The notes beneath the pieces were generated by a model. That model saw nothing but the letters and a program-made list of their open reading frames with translations, had not been told where the DNA came from and ran no database searches. A stretch of DNA of 39,252 bases, from the NCBI GenBank assembly GCA_030604085.1, contig JAUVWP010000003.1, forward strand, positions 1 to 39,252, read 5' to 3'. This document shows, piece after piece, positions 27,596 to 36,644 of the stretch (positions are counted from its first letter, which is position 1; each line of letters opens with the position of its first letter). The translations under genes were made by a program, and so were the position numbers. The DNA comes from Methanosarcinales archaeon. Its GTDB lineage: Archaea; Halobacteriota; Methanosarcinia; Methanosarcinales; Methanogasteraceae.

Positions 27596-28771
27596 CTATC
27601 TACCAATGATCAGTTTTGCAAGCGTCACAGGAGACCTGCGGGCGCACCACCTGTTAAAATCGGTATAAGTCATATCACCTCTCACGGTTCTCAGATACTC
27701 CATAAACAACCTTTTGTCCCGCCATAACGCCTTTAAAAACAGGTCCCGATGACCATAAGCAAAGTTTGCAAACTTCAGTGCGGATTTCAGATCATAATTA
27801 AACTCCTTTTCACACCTCATCACATATTCATGTAAAAATCTATCTGAGAAATCGCCGCTCTCGACAGCCCCTGCCGCAACGTCTGCTGCTATCTCGCCGC
27901 TCTTCATAGCATAATATATCCCCTCGCCAAGAAACGGATCGACAAAACCGGCAGCATCGCCTGTTAGCAGCACACGGTCGCCATGTATTCTCCGCGGGAA
28001 GCCGCCAGCAGGAATTCTATAGCTGTTTATTTGAGTTATCCTTCCTTCGATATCGATATTCTTCTGGACCGAGACGTCTCTGACAAATCTGCTGAACGAT
28101 CCCTTCAGGTTATGCGCTCGTGTGATAAGTTCGCCGATGCCTATCGAGATGTGATCCCTCTTCGGAAATACCCATCCGTAACCCCAGTCTCCGATAAAAT
28201 AAAATTCAATCAATCTATCATCGACACACTCCTCGACCACAGTCCCTCCGAGTTTTACCTCTGCTTCCAGACACATACCGATATCGTCACCCCAGCGCGT
28301 TCTTATGCCTGATCTTCTCGCTACCGTGCTGTTCACCCCGTCAGATCCGATAATCATCCTTGAACGGTACCGGTTTTCGGATGTCACCACCTCCACACAG
28401 TCTTTATTGAAAAGAACATCTTTTACAGCCTCTCCATCCTGAACCACCGCGCCTGCATCCTCTGCTTTGTTGATGAGCCAGTGATCAAGATTCTCCCGCC
28501 GAGTCATCACCGCGACCCGGTCATCAAGCATCCCTGCGAAGTTTCGGTAATCCGGGAGAAAGATGCGTGCACCGAATGCTTCGCGCTCGATCAGTTCCTT
28601 ATCGATCCCTCCGATGACATCCAGCGCTTTCTGAGAGACCGCACCGCCGCATATCTTGTTTCTCGGATATACTGCCTTCTCAAGCATCAGCACAGAAAGT
28701 CCACCTCTCGCAGCCCTCTCTGCGGCAATCGAGCCTGCAGGACCGCCGCCGACGATGATCACGTCGTACAT
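27596..28771 (-). CDS. Geranylgeranyl reductase-family FAD-dependent oxidoreductase
   Basis: YDVIIVGGGPAGS, PRNKICGG, GSDGVNS, GYGWVFPK, GDAAGFVDPFLGEGIYYA. Confidence 0.9.
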   Translation of the reverse strand: MYDVIIVGGGPAGSIAAERAARGGLSVLMLEKAVYPRNKICGGAVSQKALDVIGGIDKELIEREAFGARIFLPDYRNFAGMLDDRVAVMTRRENLDHWLINKAEDAGAVVQDGEAVKDVLFNKDCVEVVTSENRYRSRMIIGSDGVNSTVARRSGIRTRWGDDIGMCLEAEVKLGGTVVEECVDDRLIEFYFIGDWGYGWVFPKRDHISIGIGELITRAHNLKGSFSRFVRDVSVQKNIDIEGRITQINSYRIPAGGFPRRIHGDRVLLTGDAAGFVDPFLGEGIYYAMKSGEIAADVAAGAVESGDFSDRFLHEYVMRCEKEFNYDLKSALKFANFAYGHRDLFLKALWRDKRLFMEYLRTVRGDMTYTDFNRWCARRSPVTLAKLIIGR

Positions 28772-28772
28772 A

Positions 28773-29672
28773 TCATCCCGCCGCGGCAAGTTCCTCGAAG
28801 TATCTTCCGACCAGATCAGCGTCAGCAATTCGCTCCTGTGATGTTCCGGAACCAGCCGCCTCTACCGGAAACGTGGGGGACTCCGTAAACTCCTGAGCCG
28901 CTGTTTCCGATACTTCGCGGATCGAAAACTCGGATCCGATGCCGGTGTACATCGTGAGGTCAAGGTTCGTGCCCTCGATGGACGCAACCGAGGGCTCGCC
29001 ATAGATATCACCGCTGCCGCCCGTGCCTACTCCCTCGATCGTATCGCCACTGCCACCGATGCCGACATCGCCTTCACCCTCGCCAAACACAGGCAGTTTT
29101 ACACCATCGATAGACTCGACCACAGAGAAATTCGCAACCGCAAGCGATACGATGAAGAGCGCAAGCAGGATGATCAAGACAACTCTCGATGTGATCCGTT
29201 TCCGGTTCAAAAACGACGAATATGCGATCTCATCCATCTCCGCTGTGACCATCTCTGTCAGATCATCAACCACCACATTCTCAATCCCGCGGTTGTCATA
29301 CGCGGTTTTCAAGGGCTCATCCAGTCCGGGATATGCTGCACCTACGGATGCGCAGACGCCATCGCGCCTCCTGCGTGTAAACATTGCAAGCAGGATCGAG
29401 ATCGGCACCATAGCCGCAACGGCAAGCAGGATCGCACACACCGCAGGTGCCGCAATTTCCATGCCGATCTCCGAGAACGTGATGATATCGACACCTGCCA
29501 CCTCTGCGCAGATCTGGTGGATGCCGGTGAAGATGACAAGAGCGTACGAAGCCATAAAGACGAGAATCACGTCAAGCAGCGCATAATATCGCCCCAGTTT
29601 CCCAGAGAAACCGCCGAGTTCGGACAGCATCCCAGTGAATCGGTACATGCTGGATTCTCCCTCCACATCCAT
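28773..29672 (-). CDS. Conserved archaeal membrane protein of unknown function
   Basis: Three TM segments; YPGLDEPLKTAYDN; Gly/acidic linker; GDIYGEPSVASIEG; operonic spacing on both sides. Confidence 0.72.
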   Translation of the reverse strand: MDVEGESSMYRFTGMLSELGGFSGKLGRYYALLDVILVFMASYALVIFTGIHQICAEVAGVDIITFSEIGMEIAAPAVCAILLAVAAMVPISILLAMFTRRRRDGVCASVGAAYPGLDEPLKTAYDNRGIENVVVDDLTEMVTAEMDEIAYSSFLNRKRITSRVVLIILLALFIVSLAVANFSVVESIDGVKLPVFGEGEGDVGIGGSGDTIEGVGTGGSGDIYGEPSVASIEGTNLDLTMYTGIGSEFSIREVSETAAQEFTESPTFPVEAAGSGTSQERIADADLVGRYFEELAAAG

Positions 29673-29673
29673 A

Positions 29674-30219
29674 TTAACTGCTTCGCTTGCGTGCGGCAAG
29701 TTCGATCGCCCGCACAATGCTGTTCGTCGGATTGATCGTTGCCACCGGGATGCTTAATATCTTCTCAACAGTCGGGCTTACGATCGGTGCGCATACGAGC
29801 GCTGATGCGCCGTCACGCTCGGCACGAACCGCTGCTATGATCGCATCCTCCATCGTGGCTGCTGCATACTCTCGCACGACCACGCTCTCGCCCTCGATCA
29901 AGAGTTGCCTCTCTGTGATGCGGTCGAGTACCGGGCGGGCTGCAATGACCGCGATAAAGTTCTTCTCGGTCCCTTCGAGTTTTCGTATCGTCTTTACGAT
30001 CTGCCGAAGCGTCTTCACATTCGGCTCGCGGCGCCCTTCGAGTATCTTGTACATCGTGCTGTGCGGAATCGAGGCGCATTCGCTGAACTCGAGGACGGTC
30101 ATGCCAAGTTCATCCTTTATCACTCTCGAAAGCACGCTCCGAAACCGCTCATCCGATTCGAATACGGAAAGGATCACCCCATCTGCTAACGCCTCTGGCG
30201 TCGACGCTTGCGTTATCAT
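29674..30219 (-). CDS. XRE-family HTH regulator with C-terminal domain
   Basis: IPHSTMYKILEGRREPNVKTLRQI; AVIAARPVL; ALVCAPIVS. Confidence 0.85.
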   Translation of the reverse strand: MITQASTPEALADGVILSVFESDERFRSVLSRVIKDELGMTVLEFSECASIPHSTMYKILEGRREPNVKTLRQIVKTIRKLEGTEKNFIAVIAARPVLDRITERQLLIEGESVVVREYAAATMEDAIIAAVRAERDGASALVCAPIVSPTVEKILSIPVATINPTNSIVRAIELAARKRSS

Positions 30220-30258
30220 GCAATTATATAATGTTCATAGACGCTCATATACCTTCAC

Positions 30259-30606
30259 ATGACCGAGTACAAACAGTGCATCATCATCCGGGAGGATCTG
30301 AAACTCTCACGCGGGAAACTTGCGGTGCAGGTCGCACATGCTGCAGTATCTGCGGCAGAGCAAGCGGATTCGAGCACTCGCAGGGCATGGAAGGATGGCG
30401 GGCAGAAGAAGATCGTGCTGCAGGTGAAGGATATCTCAGAGATGTATGAACTGAAGATGGACGCGGAAGCAGCAGGGCTTCCGGCATCGCTGATCACGGA
30501 CGCGGGTCTAACCGAGATACCGCCTGGCACTGTCACAGCACTCGGCATAGGACCTGGCAAGTCTGATAAACTGGACGCGGTCACAGGAGAACTGCGGCTG
30601 GTGTAG
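30259..30606 (+). CDS. pth2: Peptidyl-tRNA hydrolase Pth2 (intact copy)
   Basis: KQCIIIREDLKLSRGKLAVQVAHAA, W...GQKKIVL, DAGLTEIPPGTVTALGIGP. Confidence 0.97.
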   Translation: MTEYKQCIIIREDLKLSRGKLAVQVAHAAVSAAEQADSSTRRAWKDGGQKKIVLQVKDISEMYELKMDAEAAGLPASLITDAGLTEIPPGTVTALGIGPGKSDKLDAVTGELRLV

Positions 30607-30749
30607 ATGCTCGAAGTCTCAGCCTCGTCACACCCGATTAAAATCGGGCGTATCCGTGTTGTTTCATCCTCCCCTCATCAAAAGATGTGCCACAGCTAAT
30701 AATCCTGTGATCGTAAATAAAAATTCAAATCCACTCTATTTCATGCATG

Positions 30750-32105
30750 TCATGTTTTCTTACATGCCATATCACATTTTCCATTTCCATCGAATTTGCA
30801 CTCTATTTTTTCCCTTTTATCGATTCGATATATTTTTATTTTTTCAGATTCCGGTGATTCAGGATCTATGATGATAAATGAATTGGTACACTTTCTCTCA
30901 TGGGGTTCTTTCACCCATCCGCCGCAGTTGTAAATGTTTAGATTAGTTTTCGAATCTCTTATCTTTCCCGCAACATGGGTATGTGCAAATATATAATGAT
31001 TAATCTTCTTTTTATCGTTTCCCAACTCCTCTATGAGGTTTAGGTAAGTGTAGTTTTTTCTTTCCATACTGATATCTTTTTCTGTTATTTCATGCATAAC
31101 TTTCTTGATGGTGTTCCCTCTTTTATTGCTAACAGTGTTTGTCACAACATTCGAAAGCAATATTCCACTTATTTTAGGAAGAGAATAAACTAACGCTGTG
31201 ATAGGTACGCCTATTTTAAGTATCCGTATAGGTTCAAGACTATGTAGCCACTCAGGTATTCCGGAACTATAAAGAGTTATTAAACTCGGTAAACTCGGCA
31301 ATATAAAACCTATAATAGCAGAAAAAATAAGCCAGCGCGCTTTTTTAATTCTCCAAATAAAGTCCCTTCCCGCTCGTACTACGTCATCGAATTTTGTGTA
31401 GTATATCAGTGAATAGAGAGATGAAAAATTTGATTCGAGGTCGTTTCTGATTTCTTCGGAATCGGCATCTTTTTTAATTTTTATTGGTCTTCTGTGGAAT
31501 ATACTTGAAAATATGGGAATAGTCGGGACATATTTGTAGACTTTTGCAAGAAAAACTTTCATAAACCTTTCTGCTCTCTCAGGATAATGCCCGTGATCAA
31601 AGTATATAGTTCCCAGTCCGTCGATTTCCCGTTTATAGTGTGGATAGTAGAACTTCACATTTTTCAGTTCATGGGTGAGATTTAGATTGCCTATTTCATT
31701 TATTAGCCCTTTAAATATTTTTTCCGGCTTTTTGCCGTTTATTATATCTCTATATCTTTCTAAACTATCCATTCCGAAGCTTATTTCTTTTAAAAAATGG
31801 TCATGGTTTCCTATAACATATATTAATTCTACATCACGATCTTTATTATTTTCCACATATTTCGAAAGCCTTTCAAAGAATTGTATATCACTTGCATTAT
31901 CCCATGCATCCGCAAATCCTACCCGCCATAAATCAAAAATATCTCCAAGTAAAATTATTTCCTTGGGCTTAATCTCAGTTTCTATCAAATCCAAAAGATT
32001 TATAAGATCTACAACATTTGTTTCCTCATCTTCAGTTGGGTCATGTATTACGCCGAAATGTGTATCCGAAAATACAACAATTTTGTTCAAATTATCTAAA
32101 CCCAT
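30750..32105 (-). CDS. Calcineurin-like metallophosphoesterase with two internal TM helices (AT-rich, probably acquired)
   Basis: SDTHFG, LLGDIFD, GNHD, HGH, FAHTH, YNCGGW; GGAGG before ATG 32105. Confidence 0.85.
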   Translation of the reverse strand: MGLDNLNKIVVFSDTHFGVIHDPTEDEETNVVDLINLLDLIETEIKPKEIILLGDIFDLWRVGFADAWDNASDIQFFERLSKYVENNKDRDVELIYVIGNHDHFLKEISFGMDSLERYRDIINGKKPEKIFKGLINEIGNLNLTHELKNVKFYYPHYKREIDGLGTIYFDHGHYPERAERFMKVFLAKVYKYVPTIPIFSSIFHRRPIKIKKDADSEEIRNDLESNFSSLYSLIYYTKFDDVVRAGRDFIWRIKKARWLIFSAIIGFILPSLPSLITLYSSGIPEWLHSLEPIRILKIGVPITALVYSLPKISGILLSNVVTNTVSNKRGNTIKKVMHEITEKDISMERKNYTYLNLIEELGNDKKKINHYIFAHTHVAGKIRDSKTNLNIYNCGGWVKEPHERKCTNSFIIIDPESPESEKIKIYRIDKREKIECKFDGNGKCDMACKKT

Positions 32106-32142
32106 TTTGTCCTCCAAAAAAGTCACTGTACCCCGCACTTAA

Positions 32143-32249
32143 GAGGCTGTCCCATAATTGGATATTTTGCGAAATCAGATGCTTATTTTCAGATATAAAG
32201 CTCTGTTCGGTCTTCTTTTTGCCATGATTTTGAATTGTGAGACAGCTTC
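32143..32249. mobile_element. 107-bp MITE with 17-bp terminal inverted repeats and TTAA target duplication
   Basis: Left GAGGCTGTCCCATAATT; right AATTGTGAGACAGCTTC (14/17 inverted match); TTAA at 32139-32142 and 32250-32253. Confidence 0.8.
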
Positions 32250-32284
32250 TTAAGTACAGGGCTTGTGCATTGCGATTCACCCTT

Positions 32285-32689
32285 TCACGCATAATCTTGC
32301 GTCCCGATGTATTTCTCTACAACTTCCCATCCATGACCAACCGAGCCATGATAACATCCAGGAGCCCATAGATGATCCTTGCACCATTCCCTGAGATGTG
32401 GGAAGTGTTGTCTCAGTATCCTGCTCGACCTGCCTTTTATCTTTTTGGCTATAAAACTCACAGAATACTTCGGAGGATATTCTATAAATAGATGAATATG
32501 CTCCACATTCAAGGCCATGTCGATGATCTCAATCTTCATCTCTTTACAGGTCGTACGGATAATCCCCTCTACCGCGAGCGCGATCATCTTCTCGACCAGA
32601 ATCTTTCCACGGTACTTCGGCGTAATCACCTTATGGTCAGTTAACAAAGAAACCCTGTGTCTATCGTGGCGGAGTTCTTTTCGCGCCAT
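32285..32689 (-). CDS. tnpA: IS200/IS605-family Y1 HUH transposase
   Basis: H.VITPKYR, EHIHLF (HUH), KIKGRSSR, LWAPG, VEKYIGTQ (catalytic Tyr). An alternative start exists at 32710. Confidence 0.92.
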   Translation of the reverse strand: MARKELRHDRHRVSLLTDHKVITPKYRGKILVEKMIALAVEGIIRTTCKEMKIEIIDMALNVEHIHLFIEYPPKYSVSFIAKKIKGRSSRILRQHFPHLREWCKDHLWAPGCYHGSVGHGWEVVEKYIGTQDYA

Positions 32690-32769
32690 GCACTGTGTGT
32701 CAGAACTCATCTTACATAAATTTACTTGACCGCACGATCACCGACACCAGAGGACGTGACAGCCCAATA

Positions 32770-33115
32770 ATGACCGAGTACAAACAGTGCATCATCATCC
32801 GGAAAGATCTGAAACTCTCACCGGGAAACTTGCGGTGCAGGTCGCACATGCTGCGGTATCTGCGGCAGAGCAAGCGGATTCGAGCACTCGCAGGGCATGG
32901 AAGGATGGCGGGCAGAAGAAGATCGTGCTGCAGGTGAAAGATATCTCAGAGATGTATGAACTGAAGATGGACGCGGAAGCAGCAGGGATTCCGGCATCGC
33001 TGATCACGGACGCAGGTCTAACCGGATACCGCCCGGCACTGTCACAGCACTCGGCATAGGGCTTGGCAAGTCCGATAAACTGGACGCGGTCACAGGGGAA
33101 CTGCGGCTGGTGTAG
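32770..33115 (+). pseudogene. pth2: Second pth2 copy with two 1-nt deletions
   Basis: Manual alignment to 30259-30606: 11 substitutions and 2 single-base deletions (near 32821 and 33026); 346 vs 348 nt. Confidence 0.9.
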
Positions 33116-33194
33116 ATGGTCGGGTCACCAAACTACGTGCGACGCCTTCACTTTCACTTCCTCGAGCAAAGAGCGCACACCAGTGAATCCGGAA

Positions 33195-33392
33195 TCAATC
33201 ATCATCAAAGATAAACAGCTCCTCAATCGTCGTCTCCAGAACCTTTGCGACATCATGCGCCAGCTTGAGCGACGGATTATACTTTCCCTTCTCGAGAAAC
33301 ACAATCGTCTCCCTCCTGACCCCAACCTCCTTCGCAAGTTCCTCCTGAGTCAGGTTGTATCGTGCCCGCAGCTCCTTGATTCTGGTATTCAC
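33195..33392 (-). CDS. Small XRE-family HTH regulator
   Basis: [44 protein letters not shown]; GTG start overlaps the upstream TGA. Confidence 0.92.
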   Translation of the reverse strand: MNTRIKELRARYNLTQEELAKEVGVRRETIVFLEKGKYNPSLKLAHDVAKVLETTIEELFIFDDD

Positions 33393-33793
33393 CGGACGTC
33401 GCCCCTCCGATTGTAATACCATCTGAGTATAACAAACGAAAGCATTCCAACAAAGAAAATATCAGGCGAAACGCTCTTATAGCTAAGATTTAATCTCCCA
33501 AACATAGCTATTGATTGAACAAGAGCCATGGTCACAAGCAGAATCCAGAATGCATGATAACCTGCCTTTTCGTCGACTCTCACAGATCGTTCATCCTGTA
33601 TCAGATCTTCTTTAGGTCTTGCTGCTGTGATGATGGCTATGATGATCGCAATAATCCCCATGATGATCAGGACGAAACCAATCCCGAAATAGGTGAGACC
33701 GGAAAGAAAACTCATCATAAGGATTCCGACGAGGATCAATAGAACAGCAATGCCTGAGAAACGCAGGATATCTTTATCTTTTCTGAATTTCAT
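33389..33793 (-). CDS. DUF2178-like 4-TM membrane protein, copy 5
   Basis: MKFRKDK...[17 protein letters not shown]...[10 protein letters not shown]. Confidence 0.82.
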   Translation of the reverse strand: MKFRKDKDILRFSGIAVLLILVGILMMSFLSGLTYFGIGFVLIIMGIIAIIIAIITAARPKEDLIQDERSVRVDEKAGYHAFWILLVTMALVQSIAMFGRLNLSYKSVSPDIFFVGMLSFVILRWYYNRRGDVR

Positions 33794-34200
33794 CAAACCA
33801 CGTCTCCTTTTCTGCTGTAATGCCACCTGAGTACGCTCCACGAAATTATCCCGACAAACATCGCCGCATAGTACATATCTACGAGTTCGACTCCAATCGA
33901 CCATACCCGATCCGACCAGAACAGGATGGTTATCGATAGCAGAACCAGCCAGAACGCATGATAACCTGCCTTTTCGTCGACTCTCGTGACCCGTTCGTCT
34001 ACCACCAGTTCTGTTTCCGGCTTTGTTGCGGCGTGTAACAATATAGCAAACATAAGCATCCCGGCAACGATCAAGCCCAGACTGATGAAGGACATGGCCC
34101 TGGAAGGCGCCCCAAAGGTCAGTATGGCAGCAGCCAGCACAATCACGCTCAAACTGACCCCCATAGACCGCAGAATCTTATTGTTAGTTCTTATTTTCAT
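33793..34200 (-). CDS. DUF2178-like 4-TM membrane protein, copy 4
   Basis: MKIRTN...[17 protein letters not shown]...LRWHYSRKGD. Confidence 0.82.
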   Translation of the reverse strand: MKIRTNNKILRSMGVSLSVIVLAAAILTFGAPSRAMSFISLGLIVAGMLMFAILLHAATKPETELVVDERVTRVDEKAGYHAFWLVLLSITILFWSDRVWSIGVELVDMYYAAMFVGIISWSVLRWHYSRKGDVV

Positions 34201-34517
34201 CCCACATCCCCCATCCTGCTGTAGTAACAATGCGCAACCAGAAAACTCCCGATCATCGTTCCGGAAACAGCGGCGATAACCAGACGGACAGTCAACAGTT
34301 CCGGTCTGACTATACATGCGAACGCCAGAGTCCCAACGGTCACGAATGTGAGACACCATGAGGCACTCAACGACTGTTTTGTGATCCTGTTTGTTCGCTC
34401 GTCAAATTCTATCTCGTCTACGTGCTTATACCCCCGCCGCAGCCTGCAAACCGTTTCATAAAGCACCACGATCAGCACGAAATACAGACACCATATCCAG
34501 AAATCTCCTTCCTGCAT
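34197..34517 (-). CDS. DUF2178-like membrane protein, copy 3 (divergent, possibly 5'-truncated)
   Basis: DERTNRITKQSLSASW...YYSRMGD. The ATG at 34557 that overlaps the upstream stop is out of frame and stops after 11 codons. Confidence 0.65.
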   Translation of the reverse strand: MQEGDFWIWCLYFVLIVVLYETVCRLRRGYKHVDEIEFDERTNRITKQSLSASWCLTFVTVGTLAFACIVRPELLTVRLVIAAVSGTMIGSFLVAHCYYSRMGDVG

Positions 34518-34553
34518 ATTCTCACTTCTCCCGGATTCCTAACGATATGTTCC

Positions 34554-34967
34554 TCATACGATCTCACCTCTCCTGTTGTAGTACCATCTGAGTATAAGAA
34601 ATGAATATATTCCCACTATTAGGGTCATGGTGTACATATCCTTAAGTTCGAGGTTCAGTGACCAGATTTTGTCTGCCCAGAACATGAACGTCACAGACAA
34701 CATAATTAGCCAGCCCGCAGTATAACCCGCTTTTTCAGTGATTCTCGTGACCCTTTCATCCGCTACGAGTTCTGTTTTTGGTTTTGTTGTCGTTGCGGCA
34801 TACAACGCTACAATGAATATGAATAATCCGAAAATAATTAAATTTATTCCAACAAAAAGCAGGGCTTTGGAATATAGCTGGAACTGGAACGCAAGCACAC
34901 CCAATAGGACCGACAACAGACCAATTCCTGAAGCGAGTAAAATCTTTTTATTTGTTCTTATTTTCAT
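34554..34967 (-). CDS. DUF2178-like 4-TM membrane protein, copy 2
   Basis: MKIRTN...DERVTRITEKAGY...[10 protein letters not shown]. Confidence 0.82.
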   Translation of the reverse strand: MKIRTNKKILLASGIGLLSVLLGVLAFQFQLYSKALLFVGINLIIFGLFIFIVALYAATTTKPKTELVADERVTRITEKAGYTAGWLIMLSVTFMFWADKIWSLNLELKDMYTMTLIVGIYSFLILRWYYNRRGEIV

Positions 34968-34968
34968 A

Positions 34969-35352
34969 TCATTCACCTTTTTTGTTGTACATCCATTGGA
35001 ATACAAGCCACACATATATCCCGACTAAAAATAGCAATGCGTATATTTGAGATGGTGACGGCATCCATATTTTATAAAAATAAAGCAAATTGAAGATAAT
35101 TATCAATATAAGCATTGTATTAAATGCGTGATAACCTGCCTTTTCTTTGTTTCTTACTGAACGCTCATCTTCAATAAAATCTTCCGTTGACTTTGTAGCA
35201 TTGTATAATGCGCCAAGTGTCAGGATTAACCCTGCAAGAATCCATCCATACCCTATATCAAAACCAAACATCAGGATTGCTGAACCTACTGCCATTAATC
35301 CCATGCTCATCATAAAACGATTTCTCACATCTTCATCTTTTCTTATTTTCAT
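34969..35352 (-). CDS. DUF2178-like 4-TM membrane protein, copy 1
   Basis: MKIRKD...[16 protein letters not shown]...WMYNKKGE. Confidence 0.82.
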   Translation of the reverse strand: MKIRKDEDVRNRFMMSMGLMAVGSAILMFGFDIGYGWILAGLILTLGALYNATKSTEDFIEDERSVRNKEKAGYHAFNTMLILIIIFNLLYFYKIWMPSPSQIYALLFLVGIYVWLVFQWMYNKKGE

Positions 35353-35393
35353 CCCACATCACCCAGTATAGCACAAAATAAAAAAACACGGAG

Positions 35394-36470
35394 TCATACA
35401 AGCGACTCCGCTACCTTCACCAACTCGTCCTGCTCAAACTCACCCGACAGCGAGTAATCGATGCCATCTGCGCCCCACTGAAGCGAGTTCCTGCCAAACA
35501 TCGACGTAAACTCTCCGTCTGTGCCGTTGATCTCCACGATCTCGGGTTCACCCATCGCAGGTTTTAACTGATCCGAACCATCGCTGACGCATTCCCTGAG
35601 GTGCAGTATCCCGGATCCATTTGTGTATTTCAGCGATAATATCTCCTGCTCGCTGCCGTAGAGATCGCCGAGCAACATCGCATGGTCGAACACATATCCA
35701 TCCGGCAGGTACGAGGGCGTCTTCGGATCGAACGTGAGGTTGGCTCTTGCATCCTCAAGCGTCATCTCCTTGGACACCATATCCTCAAGCGACGTCTCTA
35801 CAACATCAGCTCCAGCAGGCACCTCGAATATGAACTCGCTGTCTGGAATTCCGGTGTTAAACGTAATATCCCTGTACTCCGCCTTCGAGATGAGATTGTC
35901 GTCTCTATCGTACATCTCCATCCCGAGAACCATCCAGTTTTCACGATCGACCCATACGCGCGTATTGGAGAAGAGTCCGCGCTCGGTTTCGTTCTTCGGC
36001 GTTGCCTTGAGCACATAAGTGCTCCGTCCACCGACATCCTCGATGCCTTCGAGGGATATGTCGTTCTCGTCCAGCAGCGCCTTGACGATCTGTGTATAAT
36101 CCATCTCAGATGGCATATCCACCGGAAGCACCATCTTCGTCACCTGATTCTTTGCAGGGTCATACATCCACATCGTGCTGCCGTTTGTGACCATCACCAT
36201 GCCTGTAAGTTCGGCTGGTTCAGTGTATTCGACGCGACTCTTGTCTGGCGGTATCGTCACCATTGTCGCCCGCACAGTCATATCATCTCCGCCATACGAC
36301 GATGTTACGACCATCGTGGCTGAGAAGTCCTCAATCTCTGCCTGCTTCGCCTCCATCATGGACGCAATCTCGTCTGCGGACATTTCAGACATCTGATCGA
36401 CGCATCCTGTGAGCAGGACGGCTGCAATGACGATTGCGACTGCTGCGATCTGTTTCGTCTCTTTCTTCAT
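35394..36470 (-). CDS. LolA-like lipoprotein with C-terminal DUF4367-like domain
   Basis: Lipobox LLTGC; PDKSRVEY, VTNG..MWMYDP.KN.V, RVWVD, FNTGIPDSEF.F.VP.GA; PSYLPDGY, VEING..G, L.W. Confidence 0.85.
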   Translation of the reverse strand: MKKETKQIAAVAIVIAAVLLTGCVDQMSEMSADEIASMMEAKQAEIEDFSATMVVTSSYGGDDMTVRATMVTIPPDKSRVEYTEPAELTGMVMVTNGSTMWMYDPAKNQVTKMVLPVDMPSEMDYTQIVKALLDENDISLEGIEDVGGRSTYVLKATPKNETERGLFSNTRVWVDRENWMVLGMEMYDRDDNLISKAEYRDITFNTGIPDSEFIFEVPAGADVVETSLEDMVSKEMTLEDARANLTFDPKTPSYLPDGYVFDHAMLLGDLYGSEQEILSLKYTNGSGILHLRECVSDGSDQLKPAMGEPEIVEINGTDGEFTSMFGRNSLQWGADGIDYSLSGEFEQDELVKVAESLV

Positions 36471-36506
36471 CTGGTTTCATCCTCTGGTATTGTCTCTGTT
36501 CTTGAA

Positions 36507-36566
36507 GTTATCTATTTCTAACTCCATGTTAGATATAGATAACATTGGGGTATAAAAAAGTTTCGG
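36507..36566 (-). promoter_or_regulatory. Promoter with twin GTTA-N8-TAAC operators for the LolA/DUF2178/XRE operon
   Basis: Boxes 36507-36522 and 36528-36543 are inverted copies (15/16); minus-strand CGAAAC-TTTTTTATA lies immediately upstream. Confidence 0.78.
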
Positions 36567-36644
36567 AACTACGCCTGACGGTCGTGATTGCATCATCCCA
36601 CGCCCATTGACTTGCAATGGTGGCTACATCACAACTTATCAAGT

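Larger units (their letters stand above)
32122..32730 (-). mobile_element. IS200-type element (tnpA only); left end approximate
   Basis: tnpA followed on the minus strand by an imperfect hairpin CCCTGTAC-TTAA-GTGCGGGG (split by a MITE) and a terminal TGAC. Confidence 0.7.

Noticed and set aside
32092-32292. 66-aa ORF as a tnpB remnant
   Set aside because: It reads through the IS end and the MITE and has no TnpB motifs.
33125-33337. 70-aa ORF ending VKASHVVW (TOBE-like)
   Set aside because: Mostly overlaps the XRE gene in another frame; the match is too short.
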